DNA of 64,000 bases, taken from assembly GCA_036630325.1 (NCBI GenBank), contig CP142726.1:310001-374000 (forward strand), written 5' to 3'. The position numbers were made by a program, and so were the translations under genes. The DNA comes from Vairimorpha necatrix (taxonomy: Eukaryota). The notes beneath the pieces are model-generated. The model saw nothing but the letters and a program-made list of their open reading frames with translations, was not told where the DNA came from and ran no database searches. This document shows positions 38,474-51,594 of this stretch, piece after piece. Position 1 is the first letter of the stretch, and every line of letters begins with the position of its first letter.

Positions 38474-39669
38474 TTTTAACATTTATATAAAATTTAACAT
38501 TTTTCTTTAAAATCAACCCGGTCGCTGTCCATGATCATCATTCCAAACCATAAAGTTTTAAAAAATTCTTAAAATTTCTTTTGATATTTTTCCTGGGTTC
38601 TCCATATTTGTGAAAAGCTCAATCAAACACATTCGTCACAAATTCAGCTTCAATTATATTTACACGACTACTATCAATACTTGTTAATTCACGATTTGAT
38701 TTCGACCCCTGTAATTGTTTTTGTTTAAATGGGTCGTAAATAATATCAAATATAATATTATTCTTTTATAGATTCGGACATCAAAAAAGAATTTAAAACG
38801 AAAGAATCAAATTAAAAATTCATGTCTTTATTTATCATTATAGGGGATAGAAATTATACAAATATATCACATCCCCCCTCAAGACTGTTAGTCTCATCCA
38901 ATTTTCACATCTATCCCAAGCATACTTTTCAATTCATAATGTTTATTCTTCACAAGCCTACCATTAATAAGTTTTACAATATAAGAATCTTTTCACACTT
39001 TTCGACAATTTCCCCTGCATCCAAAAATCTTCCTTTCTCATACTTATTAACTCCTGCCAAATTTTCTCGTTTAGCTATTCTTACCAATTGTCCTTTACTA
39101 AATTTTTAAATCTTTCTTTTCTAAACCTATTACAATATTTCCCTAAAAGGCTATTTTCAAGCATTACGTCTCCAGTTTTATCTTCAGTCGCTTCATTTGG
39201 TGTACATTTTATTCCCGTATGATAGCTCTGATTATATATATCGATATTTTTATTCACTTTCCATCAAAAGTTTCCGCATACGACTTTATAATATTTTCTC
39301 TCAAAGTTCCAATACCACGCTCTACGCTTCCGTTACTTCTAAGCGCTTCTGTACTTACTTGTCGGTGTATTATATCCAGATCTCTACACAATTTTCATAA
39401 TTCCACGTTATAAACTTCTTTTCGTTATCTGTAATAATTTCTTCTGGTTTCTTTCCTTTCTCACATAACCTCTTCAAGAATCCAATATAATTATTATTTG
39501 ACTTGTTATTTATAACTACTCCCTATACTCTACGTGTAAAATAATCGATAGCAACTAAAATATATTTCTTCTAATTTCTAAAGTCTATCCATTCAAATGC
39601 AACCTTCTCTAAACATCTCGACGTATCTACAAATTCACTAGTTCCCATATTTTTCCTGTTATATATCTG

Positions 39670-40693
39670 GGCTAAAGTTCACTTAGACACGCAAAAATAG
39701 ATATAGGCTTTTTTTGTTTTTTTTTGCCCCTTTTTTTCAAAAATGGAGGAGAGAAAATGTTAAGGAAGGAACAAAAAAAAACAAGTAGAATAAAAATTTT
39801 ATTAATTCATCAAAGACGGAACCCGAGGAATTTCTAAGGAGCATATACCTAAACAAATAAATTTTAGCGCTTTTTGCTGACCTATTTCTATTGGGTATAG
39901 AATTTTTGAGGGAACGCCAATTACCTTCTATAGTATTGGTATGAACACCCGTATTTGGGTCCCTGAAATGCAGTGAGTGATTAACCATGTGGTGTTCATT
40001 GAATATTGTATTCAAAGAATGGTAAGCCCTCCACATATCGCTATATATTGTACTTTTCGTACTTACTTATTTCACTAAAAGATTAGTAAGCGTTTCTTTA
40101 TTTCGTTTTTTAATATATAGTATTATGATTTTTCGTTCGATGGTACGTTCGACCATGCCAAACACCAGAAGATCTTCACTAATTTACCTCTATGGTTTTT
40201 ATTCTTTCCAACTTTTGTCTCATCAATTTCAACTATTATACCTTCTCCGCCCATAATACTTAGAGAAGATAAATACTTGTCGTAAATATTCATTTCTTTT
40301 AATTTTTTTAATAATAATGTTATGTGTTTTTTGGACAACCTAAAATTTGAGAGATATGCTTTCGAAAATAACCAAGAACCCGCATATTAAGTATCTGCAT
40401 ACATGATATATGGTTGAGTTTACAATTATCAAAGAACGTATCATGCCAGATGGAAATCGATTTTTTACAACCTTTCCAAATACATTTTAAGTTATAACTG
40501 CCTTTTCTTTCTTTCCTCATTCTATTAGAACATATATCACAAGATTGATCTTGTAATTTGATTATTGAATTATTATATTTGATTTCAATTTCTTCTCTTG
40601 TATGAATTCTCTCCTCCATTTTTGAAAAAAAGGGGCAAAAAAAAACAAAAAAAAGCCTATATCGATTTTTGCGTGTCTAAGTGAACTTTAGCC
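39670..40693 (-). mobile_element. Merlin/ISXO2-like transposon nested in the gypsy integrase
   Basis: ~60-70 bp TIRs GGCTAAAGTTCACTTAGACACGCAAAAAT. GGEGIIVEIDETKVG and VNHSLHFRDPNTGVHTNTIEGNW. Confidence 0.93.
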
Positions 40694-41318
40694 TAGTATT
40701 CTTCTCGTATTGCAAAATAAACACTTGTCATACATCTATGACCTACTTTTTTATAATGTTCTTGGAATAATTTTCTCTTAATATTCTTGGGTGGTATTTT
40801 AATTTTACGTTCTGAATCAAATTTATAATGTTTTCCATTCTCGGTTGAAACTAGTCCTTCAATTTACCTTCTGTTTGCTTGATTGTTTCGCTCTTTATTT
40901 TCATTTGTTTAATATCCTCTCCCATGTTTATTGACTCAACGCATCTGCTGCAACCATCGGATCAGGTTTTTTATATTCAACACTAAAAACAATCGTGTAT
41001 CTTCTCGATTGTGCGATTTATTCTGTTATTGTTAAAAAACAGTTTTTTTCCTATCTTCACCAGTCCTTTGTAATCCGTTTCTATCTTGGATTTCCTAACT
41101 CTTAACTCGTATTTAAATTTATCATTGCCCAAATATATTGCAAGCATTTCTTTTTCTGATATACCATATCTTACTTCGGTCGATCTTAGCTTTTTAGATG
41201 CCCATTGTATAGCAACCCATTCTACATTCTCATTCTTCTGACGTAACGCCGCACCTAATCTCAAGTTGCTAGCATCTGTTTTTAGAATGAACTCCTTATT
41301 ATGGTGCGGCAATCTTAG

Positions 41319-41665
41319 TGGCGTGTTTACCGGGGAGCTTGCCTGTGGCAAGGAAACAGTTAATGATGCTACGGTTTGGTTGCCGTGAAAACCGGAGTTT
41401 AGATAATTGAATATTAAGATTGTTTTTTTGTTACAAAAAGAGTTTGGCTTATCTGAATTATAGAAAAAGAGTGTTTGTTATTAATAGAGAGATGAACCAT
41501 GTTGAAGATGTATTTTCTTTCTTTATAGTTAGAGTAACCAATAGAAGTAAATGTGATATAACTAATCAATAATTACTGCCCATCATTGATCGTTACGGGG
41601 AAGGATCAACGTTTTAGTTTCCATTGTATAATTATAGAACATGTGGTATAATCCATTATACCACA
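41319..41665 (-). mobile_element. Solo LTR (347 bp) nested in the gypsy pol
   Basis: TG...CA, 5-bp TSD CTTAG. Interrupts the RT-RNase H linker. Confidence 0.85.
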
Positions 41666-43699
41666 CTTAGTCTCCCCATATTTCAGCACATTTTTAATTT
41701 TAGTAAATTCCTCTTTCATCTCTTCCGTACATTTTCACGAATAGCCATTTTTTTCAAACTATCAGTCATTTTCAACGTCAACCCGGCGTAATCTGTTTAG
41801 ATTGTCTGAACCAATCAGTATATCCTAGAAACTTCTCAATTCCGTCAAAGTTTTTGGTTCTAAATGCCTAAAGGCTTCATTTTTCTTTATTTCGTCGGCC
41901 GTCATGTCTGTTCCATTCAGCGTCCCACCTAATTATTTTACTCCCGCTTGTCTAACCCGTATTTTTTTATTTAATTTCATTTTATTTCTCTTAATTCTTT
42001 CTAAAACCTCTATTACTAGTTCATAGTGTATACGTAAATTGTTGGCATGTATGACTATATCGTCCATGTATACCTCAACACCTTTTTCTGGCAAATCCTC
42101 AAAAATCTTATTCATCGTTCGCTGTAGTATCTGTGGGGAGTTTTTGTATCCCATCATCACCATACTATTCCTACAAAACTTTTTTATTAAATTCAAACGC
42201 CGTCTTATGTATATCTTTTTCTTCGATTTTAAAATGATAAAATGCTTCTTTGCAATCAGCCACAGTAAATATTATCGACTTTTGGGTAGCTCTTATAATT
42301 TCCCTCATATTAGTTAGCTCATACGAGTCTTTCTCGACTAAATCATTCAACCCTATAAAGTTACTAACTACTCTTACTATACCTTGCGTTAAGTATTGCT
42401 CTTATTGAGTTTTGTTAATTAAGATGACGATCTTCTTATAATCTTTCTATTTTCTAAATCATGTTTATATTCTTCTTTCTGTTTTATAAAAGCCTGTGGG
42501 ATCGTCTGTCCCTTTCTGACTATCTTCTTACCCTCAGATGTATCAATCTTACACTTCTCTAATGTACAATACCTCTGAAATCTTCTCCTTGTTAAAACCT
42601 CTCCAGAAATTGCTTTGAATCCTCCAACGCAAATTCCCGCTTCAGTATGCTTTTTTTCGTTCTTTATTGCTCGCATATATTCTTTCTTTCTGTCTTCTTT
42701 TACTATTATTATATTTCTTTAACTTTACTCGTTTTGTATGTTCACTTGGTTTATATTTTATATCATCAATACTGCTACTACGACTTTGACTTTCGTCTAA
42801 CTTTAGGTACGGATTATACTTTTATTATTTTCCTGATCATTTTTCTTTCCTACATAGCAGTTCCTAGACATGTGGCCAAATTTGTTACAATTAAAACAAT
42901 TCCTATTTCTTCTTAATTCTTGTACTTGATTCCTCGCAACTAAATCTTTCTCTTGCATTTCTTTTCCCATGGGTTCTCTAAGATTCTCAGCCATAGCCTC
43001 CAAAAGCTCTCTCCTGTTTTCTTCTTGTTTTTTTGTGTTTTTCTTCTCTACACATCTCCTCCTCCAATTCTAAATTATTTTAAAATATTTGTCCTCTTTA
43101 CTAAGTCTTTCTACCATAAAACTTTTTATTTCTTCACTTACTTTCATAAATATTCTCTGCTTACACAAACTGGATTCTACTTCCTCTATCTCTAACCTAT
43201 AGATGATTCTTCTGACTTCCTTTAATAGCTTTTTGGCCTCTAGAGCACTGTCCACACTTGTAAACTTTCGATTCGGTATCGCCCCTATGTACTTATTTAT
43301 TATTATAAGGATAAAAATTATACAAATATATCAAAATTCATAATAAACAAGCTTTTCAAACCTAATTTTAGACAATACTAAATAAAAACTATATACCTAA
43401 TGTTGCACGATAAATTTTAGTTTCAACAACCCTAAATGTTGCAATGAAATGCATTATTTATTAGTTTCATATTCTAGCTATTTATATAACTAACCAAATG
43501 TTTAGATTATTCTTTTGGGGATATTCTCTGATTTGTCAATTTTTTCGTTAAAGGTAAAGCATCCTTTTCGACTTCCCATATAGCAATTTTTTTATATTGT
43601 TATGCAAGTGTCGTCGTCCAAACCATTTCTAGAGAGTATAATTTTATTAATATCTTTAAAGAGCACTATTCATCATATTGCTGCTTATATTGTGATCAT

Positions 43700-44060
43700 T
43701 CTATTTGTATATCATTAATCATCAAATTATATATCCGCCTTTGCTAGCATCTGTTGTCTATAATGTACTTTAGTGATTTATATACAATGAACACATTTTG
43801 TACAATTGTTTAGATCTAATCTAGTTTATATGGGGTTAAATATTTTTTTTCCACATATCACAACCACCTTCTTTATGACGCACACTCATGTATCACCGGA
43901 TACTTAGAATCCATTTTTTGAATTCATTGTCATCAGTATCTGCACATTTAACCTGAAACAGAAAGTAGTTCAATATCAAATTTTCAGACTTATTTATGTA
44001 TATATGTCCACGTTAGGAATTTATTGAAGCGTATAGTCTTTTCGCAGGGTGGTATTACAA
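43700..44060 (-). mobile_element. Possible Helitron Pif1-type helicase remnant
   Basis: Minus-strand ADTDDNEFKKWILSI(G)D resembles the Helitron helicase F..WLL.IGDG motif. Confidence 0.35.
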
Positions 44061-44091
44061 ATACCATAAATTAATTATTTTTATTTTATCA

Positions 44092-44270
44092 ATTTCCCCT
44101 TTTTGGAAAATAGACCATTCGACCGGTCTATTCCAAAAATTAAATATTTATTTCTTTTTGCCCTGACCCCCACCGGACCATGAAGCTGCCAAACGATCAA
44201 TTCCCTTGTTCGTATGACCAAGGAAGGGCTGTAAGCCAGGGACCAGACTCCCGCAAAGGATGCCCAACGA
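44092..44270 (+). repeat. Solo copy of the hairpin-ended element
   Basis: AATTTCCCCTTTTTGGAAAATAGACCATTCGACCGGTCTATTCCAAAAATTA...CCCC..ATG...CCAAGGAA...CCAGGGA. Confidence 0.6.
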
Positions 44271-44704
44271 GGCCGGAATTAAAATAAAACAATTTACTTG
44301 ATAGAACAATATGTATCCAAAGGTATCTCCTTTGAATTACTTCACGCAAAAACCCAGTCAAATATTTCGTTTCAAATTGTCAAGCAATTTGCAATTTGGA
44401 ATTGTCCTGATATATTTTTATGAATTTAATTACTTAAAGATTGTACAGAAAACATATATTGAGTATCAGAAAAGAACGATAGCAGCAGAAACAAGTGGTA
44501 AATACTTAGAAACAAATACCTTAAGATCATTATAAACTATAACAAGTGAAAGTAAAAAAAAACTTGGAATTTTAAAGAGAGACGTAAAGTGAGCTATCAT
44601 ATCGATAAATTTATTGTAAACAGAGAGAATTGATAGCGAAGGACTATTTACCTCGATGAATAATATTTTAATGGAAAAAAACGCAAAAAGATTGTAAAAA
44701 AGAT

Positions 44705-45103
44705 TTAATTGTTTTTTCTAAAAAATTCCAAAGCACCAATATACATATTTAGTAGCTCTTCTTCAGTTATAAAATCTGCTTTCAGATAATCTGCAGAAAT
44801 TATTTTGTTTCTAGTTCTTTTGTTCTGAAACCACCCGTAGATGGTTTGAACATTGCATCTAAACAAAAAACACAAATCTTTTACCAAAATTTGGCCGGGA
44901 AATTTAATATCCAAAAAAACAACCCAAAGTACATATTCTTGTACTTTAGTAAGTTTCATGGCGTTATGGGGGTTTCTTGTTTTTAATTTTAATATCCCTA
45001 AAATTGCTTGGGCTTCGTTCTCATTGATTCTACTATTCTTCATACCCATGCAAGAAAAAACATTTATATATAAAAATACTATAAAAAAATTAATTAATAA
45101 CAA
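44705..45103 (-). CDS. Homeodomain protein (paralog 3) with hydrophobic signal-peptide-like N-terminus; start codon uncertain
   Basis: KLTKVQEYVLWVVF..KFP...DLCFLF..NVQTIYGWFQNKRTR and EAQAILGILKLK motif. The listed start is TTG. Alignment to paralog 2 suggests a single G is missing from an ATG that would give MFFIVFLYINVFSC. Confidence 0.8.
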   Translation of the reverse strand: MLLINFFIVFLYINVFSCMGMKNSRINENEAQAILGILKLKTRNPHNAMKLTKVQEYVLWVVFLDIKFPGQILVKDLCFLFRCNVQTIYGWFQNKRTRNKIISADYLKADFITEEELLNMYIGALEFFRKNN

Positions 45104-46604
45104 TACTAATTAGAATTTCTTTATTAACAAGAAACAATTGGTTGAATATCGTTGGTTAATGTGACATTATATTGAATTTTAGAAAATAAAAAAAGTACTA
45201 AACCATTGTTAGTATTATCAATGCAATTTGATTCTTTATTTATTGTTTTCATAGATCTATCATATACATATATTAATTTATTACATTTAATTATGAATCC
45301 AAATTAACAATTATATTTTTATCAGTGAATTAGTTTAAGACAATAATATTAGAAAAAAAAGTAGTAAGATATAGTTTTTATTCTATATATAATTATAATA
45401 TATTTTACCATATTTGCTTCTGATCAATTTAATTTAAATAAGTTATATTACCAAAATGATCAGTTATTTGTTTTGAATGAACTGCTATATAATGAAAGTA
45501 AAAATACGAAAAAAATTTACGTCGTAATGAATGAACATAAATGCTTTAATCGTTTTGTTTTTGTTTTTTGATAAAAATGAAAAATGTCAAATATTTTGAT
45601 GTTTGAACCATCAGACATAACAAAACATTCAATAATAAATAAATTATAATCTATTCATCTAAATAATGAAATATAATTCATACTATTGTATATTGTTTTT
45701 TAAAAAGTTATTGGGTATTAATATTGTAATGAGTTATATAATATTACTTTATTTATTATGAAACTAGACAAAACTTTTTTATTTCACAACGGGCACTCAT
45801 TATATTAGTAATACGTACCTTTTGGCGTCAATGTAGAGTCGCAATATATTGGACACGAAGGTTCCTCTTTGCAAACTATATTAACTATATATCATCTCAA
45901 TATAATACATAAATTGCTTTTATATCTTATTTTTAATTTTCATAATTTGTTGATTAAATTAATAAGAGAAATTATAGTTTTTTGATAATAGTAGAAATAA
46001 TCTCTAACCATATGAATTGTACGAGTGATTAAATTTTAATATTATTGTATATAATAAATTTTTAGCACTTCAATGTATTTTTATAATATTTCTTTCCACA
46101 ATATTTCATTATAGTAGTAAATATTAAATTAAAACTCTTTGTTTATGTTTTAACCGTTATTCCAAAATCTTTGAGAGTATTTCAAAAATTCAAAAAAAAG
46201 ATTTATACTATATTTTGAATTGTGTTTTTATAAAATTGAAAAATCAATGAATATTTTTAATACAAAATATACAAAAAATGGGGTGAAGGATACCACACTA
46301 CCCCCCTTGGGAGTGTTCACTTTATTTTTTCGAACCCCAAAAATTAAGCGCAAAAAAGGAGGACCAAAAAAGAGACAAAAATTGTATCACACTTATGATA
46401 TTTAAAATAACAACTAAATAAATGACTAGGTAGAAAAATTAAATTTAGATAAAGTCATAATGATCATTGAAAGTATTGTACATTTTTAATCCTTCTTAGT
46501 TTTCTTATTTTACAATTGTTGGTTTATTATAAAACAAGATTTTTGAAGAAAATCTACTTTTATTATAAACCAACAATTAAAATAGAAATACCATTTAATT
46601 TAAG

Positions 46605-48253
46605 TGTAAGACATATCCAAGTTAAGGGGTATTTAATAATAAAAATATAAAGTAAACAATGACATGAGAATGTCACAACATCCCTCCCTTTATAAGAAAA
46701 ATCGTCTTCGTAGATTTTTTTCAACTGCGTAGCGTGCCTTTTACTTATTTTCCCATTACTATTGATTCATATGTATCGTTAGTCAAGACGCCTAGAACTT
46801 CTCCTGTTCCTACAAACTTTGGCTGTCCTTTGTATTTGTGTATATAATCTTGTATAATGACAAATCTCTAAGTTCTAACTTTTTATATTCAGGTTTCTTG
46901 AATAAACTCTTGTATCTATTTATTCGGGTTTCAAAATGTTTTCTTTTAACTTCTGAGAGGTTTTCTAGATCTAATGCTTCTATTGGGGGCATCCCCGTTG
47001 CTCTATGGCTTATACAATTATACGCCTCAATCATCTTATCGACTTTTTTAGACAGTCTGATGCTCTAATCCTGCTTATTTATTCCTTCGCCCGCAGTTTT
47101 ATAAAATCTCTCTATTCTGCCGTTTGAACAATGATGGTAGGGCGAGGTAATATGTTGTCTTATTTTCTTTCATAACCAATTCCGCATCTTTTCACTTATA
47201 TTTTCTTTTGCGCCGTCTGATATCAGTGTCTGTATATTCACCTTTTTGTGTACAATTTCCAAAAACATCAATATGTTATCACTACTTTTTGTTTTGAAGA
47301 CTTTTACAAATGCGAATCTTGAGAAATAGTCTATAGCCGTGAATATAAATCTATCTTCTATCGGTCCTATTATGTCAAAAGCAACTTTTTCTCAGGGTTC
47401 AAATGCTTCCACGTGCCTGAATCCTTTAATTCTCGCCGGATTATACTCTTTGCATTTAATACATCTTTTAGAAACATCTTCTACTCTCTTAAGTGTTATA
47501 CTTTTCATGCTCTGTTCTTTCTTTACTTGTTCATATGTAGCTTTTGCGCCTCTATGAACTAATTATTCGTGTACCTTCATAATCATATCAACAATTTCCT
47601 TTTCTTCAATAACATTTATTGACCCGTAATGCTTCGAAAAAGCATCAACGTGCTCCAAATCTGTAGGTGTTTTGTATCGTATTATAAAATCGCACATCTG
47701 TAATCGTTCTATCCATCTTATTATTCTAGGAGAATTTATCTCTCCCTTACAGTTTAAGGCTTCCAGTGCCTTATGATCCTTGTAATTGTAAATTTCCTTC
47801 CGAGGAGGTAATATTTAAAATGGTTATTGCCCAAAGTTTGGCTAACATTTCCTTTTCTGTAATCGTATAATTTCCTTCGGCCTGTCGTAATTGCCTTGAG
47901 GCACGCAATTGGCCCCTCTTGCAAGTCTATTTCCTGGCTAAGTATGGCACCTAATCCCGTCTGCGATGCGTCTGCTGTTAATGCAAAGTCTCGTAAAAAT
48001 TCAGGTTGGTACAAGCATAAATCCAGTATTACTGCATCTTTCAACGTTTAAAATGCCGAATCTTGTTCTTTTCCTAAATGAACGTTATTTTCTTTTTTAA
48101 TAGTATCACTGTTGGGTAACATATCTCTGCGCAATCCTTTAAAAATTTTCGTACCTCATAAAATTCCTCGGGGTTGTATATTTTTTTTATTCCTTCAGTA
48201 TTATCTGTCAACGGAGTTATCTTATTATGTGTTATGTTGTGACCTAAAAAATT
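46605..48253 (-). mobile_element. Ty3/gypsy 3' half (end of RT, RNase H, integrase, PPT, putative ~76 bp 3' LTR)
   Basis: LTADASQTGLGAILSQ, FDIIGP, AIDYFSRF, ISDGAKE, SPYHHCSNGRIER, YNCISHRATGMPP. PPT AAGGGAGGGA then TGTTGTGAC...CTTACA. Confidence 0.85.
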
Positions 48254-49760
48254 GGTACCCGGGGTTAGGGGTTAAAAAATAAAAAAAATAAAAAAAACGA
48301 ACTTTTTTATTTTTTATTTTTTACCCCTATGACCGGGACAAAAAGGATCATTAAAAGCAACAGGAATATGGATCAAATAATAGATGAAAATCTATATATT
48401 TAGGAGAAAAAAGAATCAACAAAACTACTATAATGTGGCGATGCATTGTAAGAATCAGTAATGCCCAAGCCACTAGTAGTATTGTTTTCGTCAATAATCT
48501 CGAATCTTTTATTATTTCTTCGGCTCATAATCATGAACCAAATTCTGAACTGGTCTGTAAGAAGAATAAAAAAGATAAAATGAAACGGGAAAATATCTCT
48601 GGCAAAGATTCTCCTAGAAACATTTTTTTTCTGTCTTAAGAGGAACTGGGGAAGAAACAATCGCCGCAATGGGCCCTTTTGAGCCTATTACAATGATATT
48701 AAGGAATGCTCGAAGAATTCCTTTTAACCAAAACCATTTCATCCAAAAATTAGGGTTATGTATTGATTTATCAATCAGTCATACAGGCGAACAATGGTAT
48801 CGATATGGGCCTGAAAATTACGCGAAGTGACGAACCCAATGACAGTGTAATAATTTTTATACAGATTCGGCTATGGAAAAATTGCATCTATTTGACATTT
48901 AAGCGATGGATGGGACCTTTACGGTGGTTTCAATTCCATATTATCAACTTTACCAATTAGTTTATCCGTGATGTGCATGTAATCCCTGATGTTATTTGCA
49001 ATTTTGAAAGATAAAAGTTTTAAAACCTATTGTTTTTTGTTTCAAATGTTAAAAAAAAAGGTTTCCAGAGCTCAACCCAAGGTTAATAAAAACTGATTTT
49101 GAGTATGCTGCGATAAGGGCATTTTCTATAGTTTTCCCAGATTTTAAAATTTCCTGTTTTCTTTTTCACTTAGCTCAGGCTATTGTTAGGCGTGTTCAAA
49201 GTTCAGGATTTTCTTCTGTTTACACATGTTTACCTATGGTGCAAAAGTTTGTTTTGTCTCTTACGGCACTTGCATATGTTGAATATGACAAATATTCCCT
49301 ACTTTTTTGATACTAAAAAAAGACTGAAATTTTTTGGAATGCTTGACTGAGTTATATTGCTATTTCTTTACAAATTATATTGATTTAGGGGCTGTTTTTT
49401 TTCGAATTTGTGGAACACGCGAAATAATATGGATATAGATTTTCCAAGAACGAATAATGCTTTTGAAGGTTGGCATAATACCTTTAAAAACACATTTGGT
49501 ACTAGTCGCTACAGTTTTTATCTATTAGTGAGCAAGTTAAAGGATGAAGAAGATATAGTTAGAATCAAGATAATACAACAAACAGTTTTAAATCATGTTT
49601 TTGACCGTAAACAAAAATACATTGATAAAGAGCTCGGCTAGCTGATTTGTTTTTAATAAAACTGTGGATGAAGGGTTTGGTGCTGATTTTGTCTTTGAAA
49701 TTATTGAAATATTAAATTTTATTTTTATTTTTTTTTTCGGAAGTTTCGTCCCGGTAACCC
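48254..49760 (+). mobile_element. MULE transposon, frameshifted transposase
   Basis: WRC...HNH (FLYWCH/WRKY-like), DGTFT, KTDFEYAAIRAF, FHLAQAIVRR, PRTNNAFEGWHN. Partial terminal repeats GACCGGGACAA / TTCGTCCCGGTAACCC. Confidence 0.85.
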
Positions 49761-50422
49761 TTACTTATATATATAACAATCTAAAACTTTTAAATATAGC
49801 AATTTTATGAAAACTGTTAAAATTAGTTCTTAAATTTATGTTCATATAAATGGCAATATTGAATATTTTTATGACTTAATGTAATTTAAATATAATAAAA
49901 TTTGTATTTTGCTTACTCTCTTTTTTTGATTTATTTTTTTTCTTCGAAAACTTCCTAATTAAGAAATTTGTCAGATTTGAAAATGTGTTTATTTTTTAAA
50001 AATCGAATGTTTTATGTTTCTTCTCTCAATTACATTTTATGGTTCTCACTGCCTATGTTTTCTATTGTTATACATATACTTTGTAACATAAAATTAAAAC
50101 CTTTTCTGTCACACAAAAAAAATCTTTAAAATTTTAAATATTTTTTAATTTCTGGTTTCAAGACTTTACTGAATATTATTTTAATTTACAGTAATATATC
50201 GCATATAGCATACAAAAAAACCTTACTTCGTGTAACAATATATTGAACTTTGCAATAAAATTTATCATCACCTAAACATACTCTTATTATTTCAAGTGAT
50301 TTATTATTTATACTATAATTATAAACAATAAAGCCGTTGCCAACGAGAAGTATTATGACTTTACTCTCTTAAACCATCCCAAATATCAACTATTGATATT
50401 TTACTGCTTAACAAGATCATAT

Positions 50423-51196
50423 TTTTTTTACAGGTAAGAGGAAGAAATTTAACATAGGGACTATAGAAAATTGTGTGCGGCTCTTTTAGGATGATGATAT
50501 GAGACTTTACTCACTAAAACTTCCTCCATATAACTTGCAGGGATAGCAAGCTTCGCTTTTCCAATAGACTTTTACCAGGCGAATATTTTTCCCGCCAGAT
50601 CTCATCTCGCGCCCAGTGTGACCAAACGGGGATGTACATAACGGGCATGTTTATCTATAACTCTATTAGAGAAGTCATTGTGCTGGCAGAGATCACTACA
50701 AACATCTATAACGCACACAAGGGTTTTACATGCCAGCATCAAAAGAATGAATTTTTATATTACTGCGTCGACCACCAATTTCCAATTGGTTTAAGCTTCT
50801 GTATCCCTGTATTGTAACATCCTGTATGATAGAGTCAGTGAGCTCTTTTATTGCTTTACTTTATCTAGTCTTTTTGTTAGCTTTAGATTCCAGACTAGAG
50901 TTAACCAGCCATGGGTATAACTATTACTTACCCACCAGATACTTTTATGAATCATAAATTACCACAAAGTTGATACTGTTTTTCAGCCTCAAGGCGCGTA
51001 TCTACAATAGTTCTAATTCCTTTATGGCGTGGCGCACAAATTTCATCAAACTAACTTAATAAATATCGTTGACATTTCATCACTTTAATTATTCCATTTC
51101 TATAGTAGAGACTAGTAATATTTTGGTCCTCCGGGATTCGAATCCAGCCATGTTCAGTTAAAGCTTCGCTTCTATAGACTAGAGGCAAGAGGTATC
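50423..51196 (-). mobile_element. Old SINE-like copy S6
   Basis: Reverse-complement head ...CTGGATTCGAATCCCGGAGGACCA, diverged body, tail CCTCTTACCTGT(A)n. Confidence 0.7.
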
Positions 51197-51594
51197 AAAT
51201 TAGTTTTATTTTTGCGTCAAGGTTTACGATGGTCAGCTGAAGAAAAAAGCGGAATCTGGACTGTAAGAGGTAAAAGTAATAAAAAAGATAGAATCTTGTA
51301 GGACTTGATTCGAGAGGTTTTTAGAACATCTTTTGTAGCAAATTAAGAACATTATTTTTCTCTTAATACAGAAATATATAAGTAAATATTCTATATACAG
51401 GTTATGTAATTATATGTTTAGATATATTTTTATAGTTGCCTCCTTTGTTTGTTTTCGCATTGTTGCTTCATCGGCGAAACGAATAACAAACGGTGGTATC
51501 GACCTCTGCCACCGTAATATAGGCGTCTATATCATTTCATTGGTTACAAAAAATTATAATGCATCTTTTTGTTTAAACCTCAATATATAATCAT

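Larger units (their letters stand above)
38823..43335 (-). mobile_element. Ty3/gypsy LTR retrotransposon, complete but decayed, with 48-49 bp LTRs
   Basis: LTRs at 38823-38871 and 43288-43335, 5-bp TSD ATTCA, PPT GAGGGGGGA. Gag CFNCNKFGHMSRNC, RT YMDD, RNase H TDAS...EKEMLA, integrase after RNase H. Confidence 0.92.
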
